Part shown: one piece after another, positions 36,328 to 45,690 of the stretch | Numbering within the stretch: position 1 is the stretch's first letter | Layout of the letters: every line of letters starts with the position of its first letter | Source: Chiloscyllium plagiosum | Taxonomy: Eukaryota | Assembly: GCF_004010195.1 (NCBI RefSeq) | Contig: NW_025215364.1 | Location: 1 to 45,690, forward strand | DNA length: 45,690 nucleotides | Direction of reading: 5' to 3' | Position numbers and translations under genes: made by a program | Notes under the pieces: generated by a model | What the model was told of the DNA's origin: nothing | Database searches by the model: none | The model's input: the letters and a program-made list of their open reading frames with translations, nothing else

Positions 36328-36799
36328 GTAAGTCATCGTATTTATCTACTAAACCTGGTTGAACTGCATATATTTTGGAAAGTGCAAGTCAATGTCTTCA
36401 GTTCCAAACAAAAATTCCTTTCATTATAAATTATAACTATCAAACTACTATTTATAAATTACTCACTGATATGCGAGAACGAACCAGACTGTTCTCAAAC
36501 TCCATAATCCAGTTTGTCCTTCACAGATTTACATCTCTATGTCCTCCACACTCCCCAATCCTGTCCAATACCACCATGATGATATTCCAGTCTCGCCCGC
36601 AGTCTCAGTGCAACCTCTGAATAATCCATGATATGTGCCTCTGTTCAATCCGGATGCAACAGTTTCATGTTCCTTCTAACCACATGTCCATGACTAAATA
36701 ATTGCTCTTGAGGATGTTTAACTCGTTCTCGGCACATACAGGAAGACAGTTTATGATGGTTAAGCCATTGACTCATAATCTAGAGCCACAGAATAATAG

Positions 36800-37780
36800 T
36801 GATGATATCTCATGAAAGAAATTGGTGGAATTTAAAAGCATCCGTTATCATTTGTTATAAAAGCCCATCTGCTTGCCTCAAGTCCTTTAGGGAAGTCAAT
36901 GTGTCATACTTCCCTAGTCAGGCCTCCGTGTAACTTCTGTGATGAACATGTGGGTGTACTGTACGCTTAAGAGAATTAAAAGCCAGTAATAACTACCTGA
37001 GAGTACCAAGTGTTCTGAAAGATAGATATAATGTAACATTTGGTCGAACAACTCATTGTCTCAAGACAAAAACAAATTCGGTCAAACAGTTTAAATTATA
37101 CCCTAAAATACCCACCTCCAATCAAGTTTGAACTTAGTATACTGACAATCTTAAAAGCCAATGACACAATCCAATGGTTTGGGAGTGCAAGACTGTGGAC
37201 ATTGAACAGTTGAGATGAGAACTGCCAAGCTACAAGCATGCAAAGACTGCCGGAAAAATAGCTCTCTTAAAGGTACCTTTATTGATTAGTAACTGGTGAA
37301 GCAGAATCCCCAAGAAGAAAAGAAGACAGGAATATGGAGAAGAACAGAAAGCTTCCTGGTTTTGAGATAAGAAGTTTTGTTTTGTAAAACTTCATTAGGA
37401 GTCTTATCGAACTAGTATTGTGGTGGTGGGGGAGGGGGGGGTGGTGGTGTAGGTAAAAGATAGGTTAGAAAAAGAAGTTGTAAATAGTCGTTCGTTTATT
37501 GTTCTCTGTTATACTTTAAGAAATAAAGTTGATAATATTTTACTTTAAATAGTTTTGGTCTCTGGAATTATCACATATAACTGCATGGGATAAATCTTTT
37601 CTCTGTTGCTGGCTTTAATTAGGCAGGAGAGGTTATTCTGTGTTGTAACACTACAAACCCACAGCAATGTGTTTTACTCTATACTGTCTTGTGGAACAGC
37701 TGAACCAACTACTCAGTTCAAGGTCAGCATAACATGCTGCCCTGACCAGAGCTGCATACATGCTGTGAGAGAAGAACAAA
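36800..37780 (+). mobile_element. Shark tRNA-derived SINE split by a solo LTR
   Basis: SINE body ...caggcctccgtgtaacttc resumes after the LTR as ctacaaacccacagcaatgtg. Confidence 0.75.
36938..37650 (+). mobile_element. Solo LTR (713 bp, probably Gypsy-type)
   Basis: TGTGA...TAACA termini, degenerate 4-bp TSD cttc/ctac and AATAAA at 37522-37527. Confidence 0.8.
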
Positions 37781-38362
37781 AGTAAAGATAGCTCCCCTTC
37801 CTTTGCCTGTTTCCCGTATTTCTACAGCTCATTTCAATTCAGGTAGGTGATCATCCCCTTATTTTAGGTGTATTCAATCTCATTGAAATTCTCCCCGAGA
37901 GTGATGCGCATCTGCATAGGCATCTCTGGTGCTGGCTTTATTGATGCTGACGTACAGATGTAAGGAACTTATAAATTCCATGTAGGTCGTATTGCATAGA
38001 GAATGAATGGATTTTTGTGGCACAGGAAAGAAATGGTGACGTCTAATTGAGAGAAAATGATTATTGCGATCATCCCTGAGAGTGTTGTGGGGGCAATATT
38101 TGGGGTACTGTGGATAGCCTTTCTCTTACGTTTCACCAGACTAATCCCTGGGATGATGGCACCATGAGCCGTGAGTGAAGCTCAATGAGAGAATAAGAGG
38201 TGATTGCATTAAGCCTTAAGCGGGTTGGACAATAACTCATGATGTTCTAAACAGACACTGATACGGTGATAAATTCCATGGCTTTTTTCACTCGGGTTAC
38301 ACGATTCTCGATAGTTTAAGTGCCTCTGAGAACGTTCCAACCAAACCACTCCCTATTTCGAT

Positions 38363-38374
38363 GGAGACAGAGAC

Positions 38375-38438
<64 letters not shown>
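38363..38438 (+). repeat. (GA)n microsatellite
   Basis: Direct observation. Confidence 0.97.
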
Positions 38439-38439
<1 letters not shown>

Positions 38440-38441
<2 letters not shown>

Positions 38442-41090
38442 CAAGTATTTGAATAAACTCTCCCAACATTAATACAGTTCAATTGGTCCGTGATGCTGCA
38501 ATGAAGGTCATGCTTTCCATGATCCCAACAGCAGCCGCAATACCTTCATTCTAAAAGAATTACCTCTTCCCAGCAGCTTCTGACCTCCATGGAGAACATG
38601 GGTCTGCCTTCTCGGAGATGGAAGATGCCTCCTTGAGACTTGGTACAAAACATTTGGCTTCTCTCCTCACTGCCAGCAAACCATATTAAAGTAGCAAACG
38701 TTCTGCAAACAATAGAGCCATGATTAACACCATGGAACCCTCAATCAGTGCAGTCTCAGCTTCATTGGTTTGTCATGTTGGAGTATCAATGACGCCCTCC
38801 TGTTCCTGTATAACTATCTTGTGGGGCTGAATAGCCTCCTCCTGATATCATGGAACAGGTTTAAGGGTCTGATTGTGCTCTGCCTGTTCCTGTTTAATAG
38901 CTCGATGTACAGACCAGACCCCTTCTCTTCCTGTGGAACAGGCAGGAGGATTGAATGGGCTGCCCCCCTTCTTGTTCAGTAGTTTCCACGGGCTCAATGG
39001 CTTCCACATATCAATGTGTAACCAGCTTGAGATGCTGAATGAGCTCCTCTTTTAACTGTGGAAATATGCAGTGTCTGGCACACTGTTACATGAATGTTAC
39101 CGACACTTTAACAGCACAAACCGGAATGCTGTCCCGGTCATGCTGCACATGGACACGGAATGGTTCAGGAGCTGATGGGGGACAAAATGTTCTGAACATT
39201 GTGTGATCTTCAGTCATCATCCCCACTTCAGTTCTTATGATGGGGAAAGACATTGATGGAGCAGCTGAAGATGTTTGTTCTAAGGAGACGAACCTGAGGA
39301 GATTACCCTGGACTGAGAGGATTGTTGGCCACCGACCACAAACATCTTTCTTTGTGTTCTGAATGACCCAGACAATTGAGAGGTTACACCTGATTCCCAT
39401 TCAGCCCAAATAAGTAGGTGGTCCCGATGCCATCCTTAGTCAAATACTGCCTTGATATCAAAACAATTCACACTTTCCTGAGCCCCTGCGTTCACCTCTT
39501 GTTCATATCAATAGGTGACGGTGTATGTATAGGGAGTGTTTTCCTCTCACAGAAGGAATTATCTGGGCGAGGGAGTTATGGGAGCTACATCACTGAAAGT
39601 ATTTAAGGATGTGGTAGATGGATTTTGAATTGTCAGAGAGCTAATGGGTGTGAAGATTTGGGCATTAAAAAGGAGTTAATGTCAACAGTAGATCGGCCAT
39701 GATGGTATACAATAGCTTGATCGTCAGAATTATCTGATCCTGTTCCTTATGTCCTCATATTCTGTAATTAAAAAGTTAATGATTGCAATTTTCCTGAATG
39801 CTCTGTTATTGAACGTGGCAATCAGAGAGAGCAAAGTGTTTTGTAAGTCATCTGTGGGTGAGGTATGCGGGCTGCATTCACAGTTAATCTGGGTCAACAC
39901 CATGACCAACAAATGAAGCACAAGTTGCAGAGAGGGCACACTCTGCAGAGACCAGAGTTGTCATTTGATCCCAGCCTGGATTTCCAAATAACATTTTCTA
40001 ACCCACATCAAACCATGTTTGACAGTCTGGAAAGACTGAATGATATCCTGTGTTTCTGTGGACCAGGTATTTGGAGTAAGTGGCCTCCATCTGCTCCTTG
40101 CAGGAGCTGTGCGGGGTTGAATGTAGCATCAGAACATGGGACTGAGCAGCAGGAGTGGGCCATTAAACACTTTGTCACCGCTCTGCCAGGCACAGACATC
40201 ATGGGTGATGTGATTGTGGTCTCAGCAGCACTTTTCTGTCTGCATACCATTTTCCTAAATTCACTTGTTTGCCAAATGTCACCAAAAACAACTTTGAATA
40301 AATGCAAATATCCATGCACCACAAACCTCTGGGGAAGGGATTTTCCACTTCAACAGTCCTTTGAGAATTTTTTATTTGTGTTGGAGGGTCACTGTTTCGT
40401 TTTCCAGTCCCACTCCTCCACTGGTTACACCAAACTTAAATGCAACCAGTTTAGTGAGGTAGCCAATGATATAGGTCTCAGAGTAGGTCATTTTCTAGAA
40501 AAAATATGAGACTCATAAAGCTGAACTCATTATAAATGGTAAAATGATAGAGTGCCCCAAACGTTATTCTGCCTTTGAAATTATTCTGCTCAAACAAGCT
40601 ACTGGAAATTGGATTTCTTTCTGGAACAGTTGAATTTGGCTGAATTCCCTTTGTTTCAGGCAGTGGAGAGATTCCGAACAATCCTCACCAGAAATCCTTC
40701 ACAAATGGTAAAGATAACTCAGGGATTTTATGGACTCACACTTTGCTATCGGGCGGAACAAAGTAACTGAGAGGGATCAATCGGCTGCTGCTTCTCAGAC
40801 AGGGAACATTTTTCTCCCTCTCTGTGTTGGAGCACAGACTCATGTCAACTGAACTCCAAACTGGACCATGTGTGCCCTCCTGGAACATTCTCTGGAAAAC
40901 CTGATTATGGATTATATGCAGGTGTGTCATTGCTCTTGTTGTACATAACTCCATTCAATCGCAAAAAAATGTCCCCACTTTATAATTTGATGTGTCTGTG
41001 CAATTTGTAAATATTGGTAGTGTCTTCATAGTATGTGTGTTAATATCAATACATCTTTTTCATAAAATTTATTCTCGAGCTTTCATCTCC
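38440..41090 (+). repeat. Paralogous block (putative intron of GPCR copy A), inverted relative to 5275-8050
   Basis: Same ordered components as the left block, including the 42-bp array at about 38770-39060. Confidence 0.85.
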
Positions 41091-41402
41091 CTGACAAGAG
41101 ATAATAGGCATCAAGCTGATACACTTTACACAAATTCATGGATGGTTCAATAGTAACTGGACCATGTGTGCTCTCCTGGAACATTCTCTGGAAAACCTAA
41201 TTATGGATTATATGCAGGTGTGTCATTGCTCTTGTTGTACATAACTCCATTCAATCGCAAAAAAATGTCCCCACTTTATAATTTGATGACATGCTTACAT
41301 GTGTCTGTGCAATTTGTAAATATTGGTAGTGTCTTCATAGTATGTGTGTTAATATCAATACATCTTTTTCATAAAATTTATTCTCTAGCTTTCATCTCCC
41401 TG
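40860..41402 (+). repeat. Near-identical tandem duplication (40860-41093 and 41156-41402) abutting a gap
   Basis: The copies differ by a few substitutions and a 13-bp indel (acatgcttacatg). Confidence 0.92.
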
Positions 41403-42554
41403 NNNNNNNNNNNNNNNNNNNNNNNNNNNNNNNNNNNNNNNNNNNNNNNNNNNNNNNNNNNNNNNNNNNNNNNNNNNNNNNNNNNNNNNNNNNNNNNNNN
41501 NNNNNNNNNNNNNNNNNNNNNNNNNNNNNNNNNNNNNNNNNNNNNNNNNNNNNNNNNNNNNNNNNNNNNNNNNNNNNNNNNNNNNNNNNNNNNNNNNNNN
41601 NNNNNNNNNNNNNNNNNNNNNNNNNNNNNNNNNNNNNNNNNNNNNNNNNNNNNNNNNNNNNNNNNNNNNNNNNNNNNNNNNNNNNNNNNNNNNNNNNNNN
41701 NNNNNNNNNNNNNNNNNNNNNNNNNNNNNNNNNNNNNNNNNNNNNNNNNNNNNNNNNNNNNNNNNNNNNNNNNNNNNNNNNNNNNNNNNNNNNNNNNNNN
41801 NNNNNNNNNNNNNNNNNNNNNNNNNNNNNNNNNNNNNNNNNNNNNNNNNNNNNNNNNNNNNNNNNNNNNNNNNNNNNNNNNNNNNNNNNNNNNNNNNNNN
41901 NNACTAGCTTGACCTCGTGCAGACAATCCCTCTGTCACATTCAATAAAAATGTCACTGAGATAGATTATTGTTGCATTAAGTCCAACGAGTCATGGACTC
42001 TGTTATGCCCAATCACAGTTACAAACCTGCAGAACAAATGCTCATCAAAAACTCCATCATCTGAACTCACACCAATATCTTCATTTTCAGCATTCTGAAA
42101 ACTGTGATCTTCCATGAAATTGTCTCTCAATCTTCCTTTCTCGTTTTCCCAAAATCCTTTTGTTTGTTGAAATTTAAATTGATTCTCTCACCATTTCTCT
42201 CTGGCAGTGGTTTTCACACCCACCGCAACCCTTATCATGACACAATGAAGATATGGAGTTGGAAATGGATGGGAGCTGCACATCCTGTCACTTCCAGCAT
42301 GGGAAGCAATTTTCCCCACGCTGGGCAGTGATCGAACACAATGTTACTGAGCAATGTACTGGGGTGGTGTCCACAGCTCTATATGCTTGGAGGGTAACTG
42401 CTCAGGTTTACAGATCAATTCACTGCTCTTCACTACACAGCTCCCCATACTGAACAGGTTCTTTGTTAACGTTTATAGAGCAATATATTGGTGTGGGCTG
42501 AATATCACCCCATGCTGGAGAGAAAGTTTCGTCCAGGTTTCTGAATCAAGGCAC

Positions 42555-42790
42555 CGGTGTGATCTGCACTGCTCCCTATGTTGGACAGATAGTTAGTGGG
42601 CCGGTGAGACCTGTAGAGTGCTCCATCCTGGACAGATTGATGGATTGTACTGAGCCTGGTTTGTACAGTATTCCATCCTGGACATATTGCTGTGTTGTAC
42701 TGAGCGTGGTCTGCACAGTGCTCCATCCTGGACAGATTGCTGGGTTGTCATGATCCTGGTCTGCACAGTGCCCCATGCTGAGCAGATATC
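42555..42790 (+). repeat. 50-bp minisatellite (4-5 degenerate units)
   Basis: ccat(c/g)ctg at 42623, 42673, 42723 and 42773. Confidence 0.85.
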
Positions 42791-42967
42791 TCATCTGGGC
42801 TTACACGAGTCTGGGCTGGATCTGTGAGGTGGATTGTGTATGCAACATAATTCCTGATAGAGCTATCACTCCTCCACCTCAGTGCATTCTGCTGTCAAAT
42901 CCCCTATTTCTGTAACATGTTGTCCATTAAGTAATTCTACAATTAAAACGTGAAAATCTTTCCTTTT

Positions 42968-43535
42968 TGCTATGGACCCGAGTAGACCGCTCCTCACAAT
43001 ACATGACGAAGGTAGTCTCGACCCGAACGTTTTCTTATTTTAAAGATTTCAGATACAATTCGTTTGGTCAAAATACTTTAAGCAAAACACAATCTATTCA
43101 AACACGGTAGACAGAATACAACAACAACAAGAAGAACTAGGAATAACTTAATTCGACTGGAAAACCTAAAAAAATTATAGGTTATTCAACTACGAAACAG
43201 TAACTGCTCCAATATAGTAACATCCCATAAACACACACTTGTCAAAAAACAAATTCAAGAAACAGATCGTCTCACATGCAGTTCTCCAATCCAGGAGGAA
43301 TGAACATCAAAAGCAAATTCTGAGTGAAATCACAGAGAGAGTGTGTAGCAACCAGGAGAGAATTCCACCCTTCCAACCCTGCTGAGACCCCAGCAATAAC
43401 TGGCGACAGGTAAAACTAAGAATCATGGTTCCGTGAGAGCTTGACCATCATTCCACAGGACCAGGCCGCATCTGCAAGGACCACAAGGAATGGACTGTAT
43501 CTACACTGTCTATGCCACTGTAGGAGCCTCTCAAA
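42968..43535 (-). mobile_element. LTR-like interspersed repeat fragment
   Basis: Starts TGCTATGG and has A-rich composition resembling a reverse-oriented LTR. Far end and TSD not identified. Confidence 0.45.
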
Positions 43536-43829
43536 AATGCCTAAACTCACCTAAACCATTAAATGATGGCAAGATAAATGACAACGTTAAATATAAATAA
43601 ATAAAACAAAATGATGCAGCAGGCCTGGTGATCAGACACAGACGGCTTTGGGACCCCAGCAATTCCCATCCCTCCAAAACATAATAGGATCATCGAGCGA
43701 GTGAATAGAAAGCATCATCACTCTGCCTCACCTCTAACTTTACAATTGGAGATGTGCTATTAGCCCAATAGTCAGCGAGGTCAACATCCCAACCAGACTA
43801 AGTATTGTTGTGACATATGAGGGTTGTAG

Positions 43830-44054
43830 TGAAAAGGATTTACTGGAGCAGTTTGTGACTGTGATTGATGTCAGTCTCCATGGATCCTAACTGCGTTATT
43901 AGAGGGGTTCCCTCTTCTATTAGTAAGGGGCTTCTTTCAACCTGTTATGCCATAGTATCAGCGGCAGCGTCATTCTCAAGATGATTGGGCTCAGTAGCTA
44001 CAGGGAGAGCGAAAGGAAGAGAATCTTAGAACAACAGATTGGAATGTTCCAACA
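43830..44054 (+). promoter_or_regulatory. Decayed promoter / 5' UTR of GPCR copy B
   Basis: Collinear with 35965-36194. The TATAAA position reads tagtaa. Confidence 0.5.
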
Positions 44055-44229
44055 ATGGCTCAGAATCTGAGAACATTAGACTGAAATGTTGCAACAATAG
44101 ACAGGAGTTTATCTGATGGTCTTTACTATCTTTCTCGGGATTGGGCATGGTTAGAGTTGCAGATACGAGCCATATTGATGATTATTCAAGCAGGTTAATA
44201 TCCCATCCTCGCTATTGTTGGTGTTCCTG
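44055..44229 (+). pseudogene. GPR139-like: Pseudogenised first coding exon of a second GPR139-like GPCR
   Basis: MAQNLRTLD*NVATIDRSLSDGLYYLSRDWAWLELQIRAILMIIQAG*YPILAIVGVP then G|gtaagc. Stops are TGA 44082-44084 and TAA 44196-44198. Confidence 0.82.
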
Positions 44230-44659
44230 GTAAGCCTATCTCTGTCAATTCGATAAACGATGGTGAAGGTGATTGCTATTTCTGTTATTTATATTTAACA
44301 AATACATAATCTGCTATTTTCAGTTTCAGTATGTCACTGGCCGTGTAATTCAAAGACACAAGTTATGACTTTAAATGCATTGTTTCAAATCCTTCCACAG
44401 CTGATGACAAAAGTTAAATTCGAATGGCAACAATTGGAATGAAATCTCGTTTTACAAACTACAACCATAAACCATTAGGATTTTTTTTATTATTTCACTG
44501 ATAGCCTTTGGTAAAGAAACTAAGTGGGACAAAAAAGATTGGCTCCATATTGTCTTGACAAATGGTCTCGCAGTCAACGGCAATTACTGACGGATCACAA
44601 ATGATGCCCTTACCAGTGATGCTGACATCCTGTGAAACAACAGCATTAAAGGTGAAATA

Positions 44660-44810
44660 AACCAAGGAACTGTGCATGATGGAGATCCGAAATAATATTC
44701 TCCAGCGACTGAAAATGTTGGAGAATCTCAACAAGTATGGCAGCCGCTGTCAAGATAAAAACAGGTAAAGTTTCGAATCTAGCGACCCTATATCACAACT
44801 GAAAGCATCT
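44660..44810 (-). mobile_element. Old Penelope-type pseudo-LTR fragment (similar remnant at about 10870-10980, plus)
   Basis: Resembles family A ends and carries a decayed hammerhead (gtgatatagggtcgctagattcgaaac on minus). Confidence 0.5.
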
Positions 44811-45690
44811 GGGAAATAATATAATTTATATCAGGGATCGTCGGATGAGTTAGGGGGACGTTAGTTGAGTGGATGGAGAAATGTCCGGCAAGAAAGAGAG
44901 AGAGAGAGCGAAATGAAAAGCAACATAGAGACTGCTGATAATGAACCAGAAGGCAAATAAAATGGGAGTTTCTTCTAAAATTTCCCCTTTTCTCATATTC
45001 CTGAATACCAAATCAGTTTAGATGTGTCCCTGTTTACACTGAGTTATTTACCCTCTGTCTTTCTTCTCTGAGTGTGATGATCAACTCCACAGGCAACACT
45101 GGTGCTGCCCTTATAGTTGCTGAGATACAGAGAAATGGAATGTTACATAGTCAACTGCTTTTTTGGAGAAGGAAACTGTAACTGTAGGAATGTGCAGAGA
45201 TATAACTTTTTTTCTGCTAAGAACAGAAACATATTCAACACTTAATGGGTGCACTGTGTGTGTGGGAACTCGATTTCTCTTGTCATCACAGAGTAAAGGG
45301 AGGTTCTGTGGACTCTGTTCTCGGGTTTATGTTATCAGCTGCTGCGTCCATTCAGAGAGACCCAAGGCTATGTTAACCCCACTGTGGACGAGAAATGAGC
45401 ACTGCATTTACAGAGTGTTCTGGGTCCATGGTAAACAAATGGAGTCGAGGTTACACAGAAGGGAAGCTCCGCACACAGGGAGGGAGAGATCACTGCATGA
45501 TCCTCCCAGAGATTTCCAGGAACATTTGTCTAAGCTGGACTCATTCCAAGTGTAAAGTGTGAAACAAGCGTCTTTCAAAAATGAGGTGGTCACTGAGCTG
45601 TTTCCCCTACTTTAATATAGCCTGCAAACTCACACCAGGGACAGGACTGTGCTGACACTCATCATGAAGTGAGTTGGATTGATTCTGGAA

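Noticed and set aside
39865..40509. 214-aa ORF as a candidate GPCR exon 2 or novel gene
   Set aside because: It has no TM pattern or GPCR motifs, includes reverse CR1-tail sequence, and the inverted paralogue keeps only a 62-aa frame.
15417..41956. Long ORFs containing X runs (e.g. 15417..16835, 20369..21034, 22701..23609, 41166..41912)
   Set aside because: Their length comes from N gaps, and the real parts are TE fragments or non-coding.
42714..42770. CACAGTG heptamers as V(D)J recombination signals
   Set aside because: There is no nonamer at 12 or 23 bp and no Ig/TCR segments. They are part of the 50-bp repeat.
45163..45593. Overlapping 130-aa and 61-aa ORFs as exon 2 of copy B
   Set aside because: No recognisable GPCR or other domain motifs.

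Overview
Repeat-dense vertebrate genomic DNA with four assembly gaps. It is very likely from a shark (inferred from HE1-type SINEs, cartilaginous-fish-style CR1 and Penelope families, and the GPCR exon type). Most of the window is nested, decayed transposable elements: CR1 LINEs, one full-length L1 (12643-18857, minus strand) inserted in a CR1, two Penelope-like families carrying minimal hammerhead ribozymes, tRNA-derived SINEs, solo LTRs and Harbinger remnants. The only host-gene signal is two paralogous first coding exons of a GPR139/GPR142-like class A GPCR, both ending YPILAIVGVP followed by a phase-1 GT donor. The copy at 36195-36327 is open and the copy at 44055-44229 has two stops; each has a homologous promoter. 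I found no second (TM1-TM7) exon in the sequenced bases. Old paralogous non-coding blocks (direct 21.5-22.7 kb vs 30.1-35.6 kb; inverted 5.3-8.05 kb vs 38.4-41.1 kb) suggest a decaying tandem GPCR cluster. Several short locally templated duplications or inversions are also present. All family assignments come from motif recognition by eye, without database searches, and element boundaries are approximate unless a target-site duplication is given.
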